Of a DNA stretch of 64,000 nucleotides, positions 17,076 to 27,794 are shown in pieces. Each line of letters opens with the position of its first letter. Within the stretch, counting starts at the first letter, position 1. The translations under genes and the position numbers were made by a program. The stretch lies in contig OZ240215.1 of assembly GCA_965197585.1 (NCBI GenBank), positions 2,336,001-2,400,000 of the forward strand. Direction: 5' to 3'. The stretch comes from Dehalococcoidia bacterium (GTDB taxonomy: Bacteria > Chloroflexota > Dehalococcoidia > Plut-88900). The notes beneath the pieces are model-generated. The model was not told the DNA's origin. It worked only from the letters and a program-made list of their open reading frames with translations, and ran no database searches.

Positions 17076-17362
17076 TTAGTAGTCTATGAACGGAATCGGC
17101 CTGTCTTTCTCTCGGCGACTCGGGATTTCGAGATTTGTCCCACAAGGCATATTGTCAATCAACCATTGTCCAAGAGGTTTGCGCGGCAAGGCGTCACCCT
17201 TGGAAGAAGAATCGTGACCCTGCCATACGCTCTCGGGACAACTACGAACGACTTCCGCGTCCCAATGCGTTGCGGCCCCTCCTCTTCGGAAAGGCGCAGG
17301 ATTTCCGACAGCCGGGCCTTGGCCTCAGTTACAGTCCATACTCTAGGGTCGGCTTGGGTCAA
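17076..17362 (-). pseudogene. Phd/YefM-type antitoxin, frameshifted
   Basis: WTVTEAKARLSEILR..EGPQRI; the alternative frame after VVVP continues as ..RKPLGQWLIDNMP..IPFIDY* to a TAA at 17076. Confidence 0.65.
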
Positions 17363-17419
17363 AACAAGATACTCCTGCGGTCAGCGTACACCTGTTTATT
17401 ATAGGACAGATTGAAGCTG

Positions 17420-18184
17420 CTACAGAATCTGCGACAAGAAAAGCTTCGTCCGGTCGTTCTGCGGGTCTTCGAAGATTTGATGTGGCGTCCCTTCCTCCAC
17501 GATAATCCCCTCGTCGAACATCATCATCCGGTTCGCCACCTCTCGCGCAAAGCCCATTTCGTGGGACACGACAATCATCGTCATCCCCGACTCCGCCAGC
17601 TCCTTCATCACGTCCAGCACTTCCTTGATCATCTCCGGGTCCAGCGCCGACGTCGGCTCGTCGAACAGCATGATGTTCGGCTTCATCGCCAAGGCCCGCG
17701 CTATCGCCACCCGCTGCTGCTGCCCTCCAGATAACTCCTTGGGGTACTTGTCAGCCTGGTCCGGTATCCCGACTCGCTCCAGCAATTCCATCGCGATCTT
17801 CTCCGCCTCCGCCGCTGGTATCTTTCGCACTTTAGTAGGGGCCAGGGTTATGTTCCGCATGATCGTCAAGTGCGGAAACAGGTTGAAAGATTGGAACACC
17901 ATCCCCACGTCCCGGCGAATTGCGTCGATGTTACGCACGTCGTCCGACATCTCTATGCCATCGACGATGATCTGTCCCTTTTGATGCTCCTCCAGCCTGT
18001 TGATGGTGCGGATGAACGTCGACTTTCCTGACCCAGAGGGCCCGAACACCACCACAACCTCCCCTTTCTTGATCGTCGTCGTCACCCCACGTAGCGCGTG
18101 GAACTCCCCGTACCACTTATGCACGTCTCGGCAGATTATTATGTCCTCGGAGCCGTTCTTGCTTTCTCTGGAAGTCATCTCCAA
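17420..18184 (-). CDS. aapP: Amino acid ABC transporter ATP-binding protein
   Basis: [28 protein letters not shown]. Confidence 0.9.
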   Translation of the reverse strand: MEMTSRESKNGSEDIIICRDVHKWYGEFHALRGVTTTIKKGEVVVVFGPSGSGKSTFIRTINRLEEHQKGQIIVDGIEMSDDVRNIDAIRRDVGMVFQSFNLFPHLTIMRNITLAPTKVRKIPAAEAEKIAMELLERVGIPDQADKYPKELSGGQQQRVAIARALAMKPNIMLFDEPTSALDPEMIKEVLDVMKELAESGMTMIVVSHEMGFAREVANRMMMFDEGIIVEEGTPHQIFEDPQNDRTKLFLSQIL

Positions 18185-18191
18185 CCCTCGA

Positions 18192-19442
18192 CTATCTCTC
18201 TCCCACGCCTAGGTGCCGTTCGACATGGCGGCTAACGTAAGACATCCCGAATGTGAATATCCAAAATGAGAAGGCCAGGAATACAAACAGCTCTTTTTGG
18301 CTTGATAGGTATTGCGGGTTCCCCTGGATGAACGCCCTGCTGAACTCCAGGATGTCTAGCATCCCTATTATCGTGACCAGTGTCGTGTCCTTGAACAGGG
18401 CGATGAACTGCCCGACAATCGCAGGTATCACGTTGCGGATGGCCTGCGGCAGGGAAATGGCAATCATCGTCTGCCAGCTTGCAAGGCCCAACGCTCTCGC
18501 CGCTTCCGCCTGGCCTGGGTGCAGTGCCTGTAGTCCGCCCCGTATGTTCTCGGCAGTGTAAGCCGCACTGAACAACGTAATGATGATAGCGGCACGCAGT
18601 AGGCTGTTTACAGGAAAGTCCTCGGGGAAGGCCAGGGGCACCAGCACCTGCGACATGAACAACAGCGTTATTAGCGGCACACCCCGAAATACCTCTATGA
18701 ACGCCACGCAGATAACCTTTACCACGGGCAGCTTCGACCGCCGACCCAGCGCCAGCGCTATCCCTATCGGAAAACTGAACACTATACCCACCACCGCAAG
18801 CAGCAGGTTCAGCATCATTCCGCCCCAATAGATTACTGATACAGGCTGAAGCCCGGGTATGCCCGACACCCCTCGGAGCAAAATCAGGATGAGCACAAAA
18901 GCACCTATGCTCAGTAAAACGACGCGATTAGGCGTCCCCAGACGCGTGTACCGACCCAGTGCCCACCCGATTGCCACCGCAGGCACGTTGGCCAGGAGAA
19001 GCAACCGGACGTCCAGGTCCAATCGGTCCAGGTTATATGGCAAGAACGCGATTACCACCAGTGCGGCAGTCACAATGATTGTGATTCGCTTCGTCAGTCC
19101 TCCCCCTGCAGTTGCCCAGGCCAACCCGGCCAGCGCCATAACCAGCATTAGGCTGGCCTGAGGTCTCCAGAAGCAGTTTTGCCCTTCACACGCCGCTTCG
19201 ATGTTGTACGGGCCGATGACGAGCCGCCCCCCTAGGGTCGGTATCACCCCCCACTGTGCATCCAGCAGGATCCAGCCCAGTCCATACCATAGACCTGCAA
19301 GCACAAGGCAAGCCGTAACTACCGTCAACAGCGCGTGGTACCACGCGCTGAAAAGATTTTCGCGCGCCCATCCCATCACCCCTCTATTTAATAGAGGCGG
19401 AGGCAGAGACGGCGGACGACCAAAATTAGAGTTCGTTGCCAT
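18192..19442 (-). CDS. aapM: Amino acid ABC transporter permease
   Basis: [37 protein letters not shown]. Confidence 0.9.
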   Translation of the reverse strand: MATNSNFGRPPSLPPPLLNRGVMGWARENLFSAWYHALLTVVTACLVLAGLWYGLGWILLDAQWGVIPTLGGRLVIGPYNIEAACEGQNCFWRPQASLMLVMALAGLAWATAGGGLTKRITIIVTAALVVIAFLPYNLDRLDLDVRLLLLANVPAVAIGWALGRYTRLGTPNRVVLLSIGAFVLILILLRGVSGIPGLQPVSVIYWGGMMLNLLLAVVGIVFSFPIGIALALGRRSKLPVVKVICVAFIEVFRGVPLITLLFMSQVLVPLAFPEDFPVNSLLRAAIIITLFSAAYTAENIRGGLQALHPGQAEAARALGLASWQTMIAISLPQAIRNVIPAIVGQFIALFKDTTLVTIIGMLDILEFSRAFIQGNPQYLSSQKELFVFLAFSFWIFTFGMSYVSRHVERHLGVGER

Positions 19443-19469
19443 CTCGCTGCTTTATATCACCCGTCTTCT

Positions 19470-20669
19470 TCAAAAAGCTATCCGCCGGTTATAGAAGTTC
19501 CCTATCAGAGAGTAAGTCAAGCTCATGGCGAGATAGGCCGCCATTACCAATATGAAAATCGACACCGCGGGCGCCGTCTGCGTCATGGTCTTGGCCACGT
19601 TCGTGAGTTCGCTGTAGCCAATCGCCGCCGCAAGGCTGCTGTTCTTAGTCAGATTCAAATACTGGCTGATGGTCGGAGGCACAATGACTCGGAGAGCTTG
19701 GGGAAAGGTTACGCTTCTTATAGTCCCCATCCCCGATAGCCCCAAAGACCTTGAAGCCTCCGTCTGCCCCTTCCCCACCGACTGTATCCCCGCCCTGACG
19801 ATCTCTGCAATGAATGCCGCGGTGTACATCACCAGTCCGAGCAGCAAGGCCATCAGTCCACCCGATAGTTCGAAGCCACCCTCTAGCCTCCCAAAAGTCC
19901 CATGCGGAGCCGGCGTCGTAATGGTAAGTGGGAATCCTCCGTTTATCGCTGTGATGATGAACCACCCAACAAGGCCAACCAGAACGGTAGAACCCACACC
20001 TGTCAATAATGGATAAGAAGTCGAACCTGTCTGTTCTTCCCGCCTGGCCATTGCTTTGTGTGCCAGCACGCCCACAGCAATGGCCACAGCCGCAGATACT
20101 AGCCAAATCAGTCCCTGAGCTACCCCGTCCCCGGTTGGAATGGGTACCGATATCCCGGCATTGTTCAAGTACAACCGGTCGGCTATAACGTAACCCTCTC
20201 TTACGGGTGGCAACGCCAGCACTATGTAAAACCAGAAGAAAAGCTGTATCAGAAGCGGCACGTTTCGGAAGAATTCGATATAGACCAGGGCGATTTTCGA
20301 TACCAGCCAGTTGCCGGATAGGCGAGACACGCCAATGAATACCCCAAGCGCCGTCGCCGCAATTACCCCTATCGCCGAGACGAAAATCGTATTCGTCGCC
20401 CCAACGACCAACGCATAGAGGAACGAATCAGACGACTCAAAAGGCAGGAAATGCTGACCTATTGGAGTCTGGTACGCCCGACCCAGAAATCCAAAGCCGA
20501 AAGGTATGTCCCGGTCACTTATCGCGTTCGCTATATTCGCAAAGAACCAGAACACCAGGACAACCACCAGGACCCCTGAAACGATCTGCGCGACCCACTG
20601 GATTACCTGGGCGTGTCGCCAAACGGGAATCCCCTTATAGGTAATGTTAGGTAGCCGTGATGTAATCAA
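19470..20669 (-). CDS. aapQ: Amino acid ABC transporter permease
   Basis: IEFFRNVPLL, AEIVRAGIQSV..GQTEA, YLNLTKNSSLA. Confidence 0.9.
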   Translation of the reverse strand: MITSRLPNITYKGIPVWRHAQVIQWVAQIVSGVLVVVLVFWFFANIANAISDRDIPFGFGFLGRAYQTPIGQHFLPFESSDSFLYALVVGATNTIFVSAIGVIAATALGVFIGVSRLSGNWLVSKIALVYIEFFRNVPLLIQLFFWFYIVLALPPVREGYVIADRLYLNNAGISVPIPTGDGVAQGLIWLVSAAVAIAVGVLAHKAMARREEQTGSTSYPLLTGVGSTVLVGLVGWFIITAINGGFPLTITTPAPHGTFGRLEGGFELSGGLMALLLGLVMYTAAFIAEIVRAGIQSVGKGQTEASRSLGLSGMGTIRSVTFPQALRVIVPPTISQYLNLTKNSSLAAAIGYSELTNVAKTMTQTAPAVSIFILVMAAYLAMSLTYSLIGNFYNRRIAF

Positions 20670-20746
20670 GTTCTGCCAATTAGCGGGCCCGGTGTCGGGC
20701 CGATTCTATTGCAAACCCATGACTTGTGTGCATGCCTAAATACATT

Positions 20747-20779
20747 GAGGGGCGGCCAGCATTCGCTTGGCCGCCCCTC
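20747..20779 (-). terminator. Stable hairpin downstream of the binding-protein gene
   Basis: GAGGGGCGGCCA / TGGCCGCCCCTC 12-bp stem. Confidence 0.6.
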
Positions 20780-20808
20780 TGATTGCTTCACTTAAGTCCA
20801 GTGGGGCG

Positions 20809-21876
20809 CTAACGCAGCGGCGCTGCGTATATCTGACCGCCTTTCGGGCAATCCGTGCACGGAGCGTCGGACCACAGCGCGTTTCGCCCTCCCTCCCTCG
20901 GGAGGTTTATCCCGCCGGGACCCAGGTTGCGTTCGTAGATCTCCCCGTAGTTCCCTACTGCGCCAATCACGTCCTGGGCGACAGTCTGTTCAAGACCCAG
21001 CACGTCCTGTCCGAAGGATCCCTCCAGACCGAACAGCCGGTCAACCTTGGTGTCTCCCGTAGTCGAGGTGGGGACGTCGCTGGAGTCCACTCCGTAGGCC
21101 TCAGAGTAGATCAGGATGCCCATTACGGTCTTCACTATGTCAAACCACTGGTCGTCGCCGTGAGGCACAACAGGCCCGAGGGGCTCTTCCGAGATGGTCT
21201 CAGGAAGAATAGTGTGAGCGTCCCGGTCCTGCAGCGCCGTGCCCAGCGCGGCCAACTGGGAGTTGTCATTCGTAAATGAATCACACTGCCCCTGCTCATA
21301 GGCGGCTAGGACAGCGTCAGTGTCCTCAAAGGTTAGAGGAGTAATATTCAGGTCGTTCTGGTTGGAAAAGTCCTGGAGATTCAGCTCCGTAGTGGTACCC
21401 TGCGTCACGCAAACACTTGTGTCCTTGAGCTCCAGGGCGCTGGATATTCCCAGACTCTTAGGTACCATGAATCCCTGCCCATCGTAGAACATCGTCTGGA
21501 CGTAGTTGCCCCAACTAGCATCACGGGAGGTGGTCCAGGTAACGGTCCTTACAAGCATGTCCACTTCGCCGGACTGGATCGTCGGGCCACGTTCCGCCGC
21601 CGTTATCAGCCGGATCTCGAATGCGTTGGGATCGCCCAGGACCGCCGCCGCTAAGGCCCGGCACAGGTCTATGTCGAATCCAACGTTGTTTCCGGCCTCG
21701 TCAAGGTACCCGTATCCGGGCACGTCGTTCCTGCTCGCGCATATCACATTGCCCCGGTCCTGCACCGCCGCAAGCCTCTCGCCCGACTCCGTCTCCGAGT
21801 CCCCTCCCCCGCAAGCCACAGCGATTGCCAAGAGCAGTGCAAGCCCCAGAATCGCAATAAGTATTCTGTACTTCAT
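20809..21876 (-). CDS. aapJ: Amino acid ABC transporter substrate-binding lipoprotein
   Basis: Lipobox AVAC, GFDIDLCRALAAA, TWTTSRD, ISEEPLGP, VGNYGEIYERNLG. Confidence 0.9.
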   Translation of the reverse strand: MKYRILIAILGLALLLAIAVACGGGDSETESGERLAAVQDRGNVICASRNDVPGYGYLDEAGNNVGFDIDLCRALAAAVLGDPNAFEIRLITAAERGPTIQSGEVDMLVRTVTWTTSRDASWGNYVQTMFYDGQGFMVPKSLGISSALELKDTSVCVTQGTTTELNLQDFSNQNDLNITPLTFEDTDAVLAAYEQGQCDSFTNDNSQLAALGTALQDRDAHTILPETISEEPLGPVVPHGDDQWFDIVKTVMGILIYSEAYGVDSSDVPTSTTGDTKVDRLFGLEGSFGQDVLGLEQTVAQDVIGAVGNYGEIYERNLGPGGINLPREGGRNALWSDAPCTDCPKGGQIYAAPLR

Positions 21877-21911
21877 AGTCGCTATGTTCTCCCTCTCCAG
21901 ATTGGAATCTA

Positions 21912-21997
21912 GCGGAAACCCTAGTTGTGAGGATTATATCAGCGCAGTCTTGTTGCGGAAACCCTAAGTGTGAGAATTATGTCAGTGCAGTCTTATT
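21912..21997 (-). repeat. Two tandem imperfect 43-bp units, each with an extended -10 element
   Basis: Units 21912-21954 and 21955-21997; minus strand reads TGATATAAT and TGACATAAT. Confidence 0.75.
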
Positions 21998-22074
21998 AGG
22001 GAAAGAGTAATTCGTATGAATCGTAGACAGGATACCCTTATCAGGCTAACATGACGCCAACTTGGGGAGACACT

Positions 22075-22251
22075 ATGTCGGAAAAAGAACACGACCATGA
22101 CTCCCACGCCGGTCATGACCACGGCCACGGCCACGACGCCCACACCATACTCCCTTCATATAGTTGGGTTGGTTGCATCCGGGCAACGGTCTCGGCACGG
22201 ATATCTGACTCCCCACTTCGAACGCATAACTGGTTAAACTGTCGGTCTTAA
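22075..22251 (+). pseudogene. His-rich N-terminal fragment or small His-rich peptide
   Basis: RBS GGGGAGA; MSEKEHDHDSHAGHDHGHGHDAH followed by non-conserved-looking sequence. Confidence 0.4.
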
Positions 22252-23075
22252 CCTCCAGACTTGGCGAATATGCCCTTCTTTACAACTGCTGCTACTGCGA
22301 AGAAACCCGTCGCTACCAGTGCCATGGCCGGGCCCGAGGGCAGATCGGCGTAGTAGGAAAGGTAAAGACCCACTATCGCCGATACCGCTCCAATAACCGC
22401 CCCTATGACCATCACCCCCACAAACCGTCTCGCCAGCAAGTACCCAGCCGCCGCAGGAGTGATAAGCATCGCCATCACCAGCACTATACCCGCCGCCTGA
22501 ATCCCGATAACAATCACGAGAGCGAGAAGGGCCAAGAGCACGTATTCTATGAACCTGGTCTTGATGCCCACCACCGCCGCCCCCACCGCATCGAACGTCG
22601 TGTAGACCAGCTGTCGGTGAAACGCGTAAAGACCCACCAGCACAAGGGCCGTCAGGCCCAGCGACACATATACGTCCGTCTGTGACACTCCCAGGACTTG
22701 CCCAAGAAGCAAGTCCTCTATGTCGACGTTGATGTTCGTCGCCCTGGAAAGCATCACCAGGCCCAGCGCAAACATGCCGGCGAAGATTATCCCAATCGAT
22801 GTGTCTTCGCTGATCCCCGTGCGTCGGCTAACTGCTCCCATCAGCAACGCGATCAGGATTCCCGCCGGCACCGCAGCGAAGAATGGGCTGATCCCCAGCA
22901 GGAAGGCCACAACCATAGCGGGTAGCACGGAATGCGCCAGTGCATCCCCCATGAAGGATCGGCCCCTTGTGATGACGTAAGCCCCCAGGATCGGACACAT
23001 CACCCCCACGAGCACCGACACAATCAGTGCCCGCACCATGAAACCGTATTCAAATGGCCCTACGATGTAGTCCAT
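22248..23075 (-). CDS. Zn/Mn ABC transporter permease (ZnuB-like)
   Basis: GDALAHSVLP, LITPAA, DLPSGP. Confidence 0.9.
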   Translation of the reverse strand: MDYIVGPFEYGFMVRALIVSVLVGVMCPILGAYVITRGRSFMGDALAHSVLPAMVVAFLLGISPFFAAVPAGILIALLMGAVSRRTGISEDTSIGIIFAGMFALGLVMLSRATNINVDIEDLLLGQVLGVSQTDVYVSLGLTALVLVGLYAFHRQLVYTTFDAVGAAVVGIKTRFIEYVLLALLALVIVIGIQAAGIVLVMAMLITPAAAGYLLARRFVGVMVIGAVIGAVSAIVGLYLSYYADLPSGPAMALVATGFFAVAAVVKKGIFAKSGG

Positions 23076-23842
23076 TAAGAGCCACCGAGAGTCGGGTCAA
23101 AGTGATTAGCGGCGAACTCTATGCCATGAGAGCCGTAAAGCTCTTCAAGGACCTCGGGCGTAAACGCCACGTCGGGTGGCCCTTGGGCGCACACATGGTG
23201 ATTGATGCAGAGGATCTGGTCGAAGCGTTGGGCCATGTTGGTGAGGTCGTGGGTCGCCAGCAATACTACGCGGCCCTCATCTCGAAGGGTCTGGAGCACC
23301 TCGATAATCCCCTCCTGCGCCCCAACGTCCACCCCGCTGAAAGCCTCGTCCAGCAGGATTATGCTGGCCTCCTGGGCCAGGGCCCGGGCAATGAAGACCC
23401 GCTGGCGCTGCCCTCCGGACAGCTCGGTGACGAGAGACTTGCGCTTGTCCCACAGGTCCACCCGGTCCAGGCATTCCCGCACCATCTCTCGGTCTCCTCT
23501 CCCCGGCTGCCTGAACCACCCGACATTCCAGCCTCGCCCCATGGTCACCACGTCCTGGACAGTGGCGGGAAACTGCCAGTTGATCTTGTCTCGCTGTGGC
23601 ACGTAGGCCACTCCACCATTTTCGTTGGCGGAGCCGTGAAGCTTCACCGTACCTTTTGCAAGGGGCAGCAGGCCGACTATGGCCTCGAACAGGGTGCTCT
23701 TGCCCGCCCCATTGGGCCCCAGGACTCCCATCAGGGTGCCCGGCCCCACGGAGAAGGTGACTCCGGTTAGAGCGGTATGGCCGCCGCGTACCACGGTCAC
23801 GTCTTCCATGCTTATGCCCGGATCATTTACCGTCTTTACCAT
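23075..23842 (-). CDS. Zn/Mn ABC transporter ATPase (ZnuC-like)
   Basis: GPNGAGKSTL, AYVPQR, LSGGQRQRVFIARAL, THDL. Confidence 0.9.
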   Translation of the reverse strand: MVKTVNDPGISMEDVTVVRGGHTALTGVTFSVGPGTLMGVLGPNGAGKSTLFEAIVGLLPLAKGTVKLHGSANENGGVAYVPQRDKINWQFPATVQDVVTMGRGWNVGWFRQPGRGDREMVRECLDRVDLWDKRKSLVTELSGGQRQRVFIARALAQEASIILLDEAFSGVDVGAQEGIIEVLQTLRDEGRVVLLATHDLTNMAQRFDQILCINHHVCAQGPPDVAFTPEVLEELYGSHGIEFAANHFDPTLGGS

Positions 23843-23882
23843 CTGCTGTCCTGCCTTGTCGTTGCCTTTATACTGCCGACGC

Positions 23883-25082
23883 TTACTTGAGAGCCCTGAC
23901 TATGCGCTCGACATTCGTCCGCATCATGTCCAGGTAAGTCTCTGCCCCACTCCCCTCTACCCCTAGAGACCCAGAATAGAGTCGTATGAGCTCCGCCCCC
24001 GACTCCTCGGCGATGGATGTGGCCAGCCGTTCGCTCACTGTCGCCTCTCCGAACACCGCGGGCACGTTGTATTTCTCCACCACTTCAACAAGCTCCGTCA
24101 GGTGCTCCGCCGACGGCTCCGCTTCCGTGGTGGTGGACAGAATAACCCCCACCACTTCGAACCCGTACCTCTCTGCGAAGTATCCGAAGCTGTCGTGGGA
24201 GGTCACAAGGAACCTGCGGGCGTCGGGCACCGATGCCACCTGCTCCTGGGTCCACGCGTCCAGCTCATCAAGCTCGGCGTTGTATTCGGAGGCGTTTGCG
24301 GCGTAGCCATCGGCGCCATCAGGATCGAGGGTCGAGAACTGCTCCGAGATGTAGCCCACTGCCAGCTTCACCCGGAGCGGATCGAACCAGAAGTGCGGGT
24401 CTTCCACACCATGCCCGTGGCCCTCGTGCTCATCCTCTCCTTCGGAAATCAGGTGTTCAATCTCCTCAATGGCTTCATCAGGGGCCATTGCGCCACTGTC
24501 TACCTGATCAATTATTGCCTGGACCATGACGGTCTCTTCTTCCTCCTCGGTAGCAGTGAGCAGACCCTTTATCTCTTCGATAGCGGCATCGGGCGTGAGT
24601 TCCTCTTTTTCCACCTCATGTACAACCTCACCAATGTGCTCAAGAAGCTCCACGTCTTCCTTGTGAGATTCAGCGAACTCAATAGGCTCTATGGCGTCGC
24701 TGAGTTCAATAATGCTGGACGGGTCCCGAGCCGCATTCTCCAGCAGTTCCGTCAGCCAGGACCCTTCAAGACTGAGCCCGACACTGAAGACAATATCGGC
24801 ATCCGCGATCTTAGCAACGTCCCGGGCCCCGGGCTGAAACCCGTGGGGGTCGGCGCCGGTCGGAACAAGGCTGAACACCTCCACTCGGTCACCGCCCACG
24901 TTCTCCGCCCAGTCTGCTATGAAACTGGTAGTAGTGACCACCTGGGCCACTGCGGGCTCTCCCCCACCGTCCGTGCCATCCCCACCCGAGCAACCTGCAA
25001 CCACCGCAATTGCCAATAGGCCCGCCAGGACCAGCGTCAGAGCATTAGCTGACAGATGAAATCTATTGGCATGTAATATCAT
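23883..25082 (-). CDS. Zn/Mn ABC transporter substrate-binding lipoprotein (ZnuA-like)
   Basis: Lipobox VAGC, DPHGF, DPHFWFDP, SHDSFGY. Confidence 0.9.
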   Translation of the reverse strand: MILHANRFHLSANALTLVLAGLLAIAVVAGCSGGDGTDGGGEPAVAQVVTTTSFIADWAENVGGDRVEVFSLVPTGADPHGFQPGARDVAKIADADIVFSVGLSLEGSWLTELLENAARDPSSIIELSDAIEPIEFAESHKEDVELLEHIGEVVHEVEKEELTPDAAIEEIKGLLTATEEEEETVMVQAIIDQVDSGAMAPDEAIEEIEHLISEGEDEHEGHGHGVEDPHFWFDPLRVKLAVGYISEQFSTLDPDGADGYAANASEYNAELDELDAWTQEQVASVPDARRFLVTSHDSFGYFAERYGFEVVGVILSTTTEAEPSAEHLTELVEVVEKYNVPAVFGEATVSERLATSIAEESGAELIRLYSGSLGVEGSGAETYLDMMRTNVERIVRALK

Positions 25083-25155
25083 GTGCAGTGTGTATCACTT
25101 GATATTTAGTATCTATAGACAGTCATTTAAGGGTGATCGACTTAGCTTGTATGAC

Positions 25156-25239
25156 ATAATAAAATCACCTGAAACTCTTGTCAAGTCGTACCAATTACCA
25201 GTGGCAGTCAGGGTAGCAGTAGCAATGAATCATTATTGC
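25156..25239 (-). promoter_or_regulatory. Promoter TTGACA-N17-TATTAT of the metal ABC operon, with an upstream Fur/Zur-like inverted repeat
   Basis: TTGACA 25184-25179 and TATTAT 25161-25156; GCAATGAATCATTATTGC at 25222-25239. Confidence 0.6.
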
Positions 25240-25501
25240 GATTAAATATCAGTAATGCATTAGCTTCTAAAGTTATGGGGCTCAACTACAGGGCATTAAG
25301 AGTTCATTTCTGCACCCCACCCCCGACTCCCCCGCAACCTGATCTGATTCCCTTCCCCGTTCGCGCCGGGGCATGAATGGGCAAATAGGCCCGGGGCTGG
25401 GGTGCAGGGGGGATGGCAATAGGCACAAATTTACCTACGGGCCGAAAGTGTATAATGTGCTAGGAGTGTCCCCTGGTATTTGGCCTGCGAATAATTTAGA
25501 T

Positions 25502-26380
25502 ATGGGCCCTACAACTATCTCCACAAAATCCTCCCCACCCTCCCGACGCCCCCCGTGGCTGAAGGTCCGCCTCAAAACTGGCCCCAACTACCTGGAGCTG
25601 AAGTCGTTGATGCGGAAGATGACCCTCAACACGGTCTGTGAGGAGGCCAACTGCCCCAACATCTTCGAATGCTGGCAGAACCGCACCGCTACTTTCATGA
25701 TCCTCGGTGACGTCTGCACCCGAGCCTGCCGCTTCTGCGCCGTAACCAGCGGCAAGCCCACTTGGAACGACCCCCTGGAGCCCGAGCGCGTCGCCCGAGC
25801 CGTCGAGAAGATGAACCTCTCCCACGTCGTCATTACATCCGTGGCCCGGGACGATCTGCCCGACGGCGGCGCCTCCGCATTCGGCGAGGTGATAAGCAGG
25901 ACCCGGGTCCGCAATCCCAAAACCCGTATCGAGGTGCTTATACCCGACTTTGGCGGCTCCGAGTCCAGCTTGGACACCGTCCTTGCAGCTGGCCCCGATA
26001 TCCTCAATCACAACATCGAGACCGTCGCCCGTCTCCAGAAGGTTGTCCGCTCCCGGGCCACATACGAAAGATCGTTGCAGCTACTGGAGAGGGCCAAGAG
26101 CAAGTCGCCGGATAAGCTGACCAAATCCGGCATGATGTTGGGTGTCGGTGAGGAAGTTGAAGAGGTACTGCAGTCCATGCACGACCTGCATGACGTCGGC
26201 TGCGACATTCTGACCATCGGCCAGTACCTCCGCCCCTCCGAGTCCCACCTCCCCATATCTCGCTACTACACCCCCGAAGAGTTCGCCGAGCTGAAGGAAG
26301 AGGGCAAAAGGATGGGCTTCCGCCACGTCGAGTCCGGCCCATTGGTCCGCAGCTCCTACCACGCTCACGAGCAGGTCTAG
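25502..26380 (+). CDS. lipA: Lipoyl synthase
   Basis: [26 protein letters not shown]. Confidence 0.97.
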   Translation: MGPTTISTKSSPPSRRPPWLKVRLKTGPNYLELKSLMRKMTLNTVCEEANCPNIFECWQNRTATFMILGDVCTRACRFCAVTSGKPTWNDPLEPERVARAVEKMNLSHVVITSVARDDLPDGGASAFGEVISRTRVRNPKTRIEVLIPDFGGSESSLDTVLAAGPDILNHNIETVARLQKVVRSRATYERSLQLLERAKSKSPDKLTKSGMMLGVGEEVEEVLQSMHDLHDVGCDILTIGQYLRPSESHLPISRYYTPEEFAELKEEGKRMGFRHVESGPLVRSSYHAHEQV

Positions 26381-26396
26381 GTAGTATCCTGTAAGC

Positions 26397-27776
26397 ATGA
26401 AAAGTTATGACATAGTCGTCATTGGTGGGGGCCCGGGGGGCTACGTTGCCGCCATCCGCGGGGCCCAGCTAGGCCTCCGCGCTGCCATAGTCGAAAAGGA
26501 AGAGATCGGGGGCCTATGCCTGAACTGGGGCTGCATACCCAGCAAGGCCCTCCTGCGCAACGCCGAGGTCCTTTCTCTCTTCCACCGAGCCAACGAGTTC
26601 GGCATCTCCTTCGACAACCTCACCGTCGATTATGGCAAGGCCGTCGACCGCAGCCGCCAGGTCGTGAAGAGACTGGTAGGCGGCCTGAAGTCCCTTATGA
26701 AACGCTACGGCATCGATGTTATCCCCGGAATGGCCTCGATTCCTGCCCCCGGCCGCGTATTGGTCGACGGCCAGGAAGAGATCGAAGCCGGAGACATCAT
26801 CGTCGCCACCGGCGCCCTCAACAAAGGTCTACCCCCCCTCCCCGTTGACGGCGAACGTATCATCACTACCCGCGAAGCCCTTGCGATGAAGGAGCTTCCC
26901 GGACGCACGGCCATTGTCGGGGGCGGCGCCGCGGGTGCCGAGTTCGCATATCTCTGGTCGACCTACGGCTGCGAGGTTACCATCATCGAGCTCCTGCCCC
27001 ACCTCCTCCCCAACGAGGATCCTGAGATAAGCGAAACTCTCGAAAAGTCCTTCCAGAAACAGGGCATCAATATCATGACCGGCTCCCGTGTCGAGGCTTC
27101 CGACTTCACCAACGGCGTAGGCACCCTCACCGTATCCACCGGCTCCGACACCTCCCAGGTCCACTGCGATAAAGTCCTCGTTGCCGTAGGGCTGGAGGGC
27201 AACGTAGCAGGTACTGGCCTGCCGGAGCTTGGCATTGAGATGCGCAACGGCTTCATCGCCGTCGACGACGTGATGCGCACCAATCTTTCTAATGTATTCG
27301 CCGTCGGAGACGTCACCGGCGCTCCTCTCCTCGCCCACACGGCCTTCGCCCAGGGCCACATCGCCGTCGAGACCATCGCCGGCCTCCCGACAACTAAGCT
27401 GGTCTCTGAAAACATACCCAAGGCAACCTACTGCCAACCCCAGGTCGCCAGCGTCGGCATTACCGAGGCCCAGGCTCGAGAGCGCGGCCTCGACGTCAAG
27501 GTCGGCAAGTTCCCCTTCATGGCCAGCGGGAAAGCCCTCGGACTGGGTGACAGGGAGGGGTTCGTAAAAGTCGTTGCCGGGGCAGAATACGGCGAGATAC
27601 TTGGAGCCCATATGATCGGGCCGGAGGTTACGGAGCTTCTGGGAGAGGTGTCGGTGGCCCAGGCCCTCGATGCGACGGTCGAGGACATCGGCCTAGCTAT
27701 ACACCCCCACCCCACCCTTTCCGAAGCGCTTAAAGAAGCAGCCCTGGCAGCAATGGGCCAGGTTATTCACATGTAG
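26397..27776 (+). CDS. lpdA: Dihydrolipoyl dehydrogenase (E3)
   Basis: GGGPGGY, CLNWGCIPSK, HPHPTLSE. Confidence 0.97.
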   Translation: MKSYDIVVIGGGPGGYVAAIRGAQLGLRAAIVEKEEIGGLCLNWGCIPSKALLRNAEVLSLFHRANEFGISFDNLTVDYGKAVDRSRQVVKRLVGGLKSLMKRYGIDVIPGMASIPAPGRVLVDGQEEIEAGDIIVATGALNKGLPPLPVDGERIITTREALAMKELPGRTAIVGGGAAGAEFAYLWSTYGCEVTIIELLPHLLPNEDPEISETLEKSFQKQGINIMTGSRVEASDFTNGVGTLTVSTGSDTSQVHCDKVLVAVGLEGNVAGTGLPELGIEMRNGFIAVDDVMRTNLSNVFAVGDVTGAPLLAHTAFAQGHIAVETIAGLPTTKLVSENIPKATYCQPQVASVGITEAQARERGLDVKVGKFPFMASGKALGLGDREGFVKVVAGAEYGEILGAHMIGPEVTELLGEVSVAQALDATVEDIGLAIHPHPTLSEALKEAALAAMGQVIHM

Positions 27777-27794
27777 CGGGACGCGGAGCAGGCC

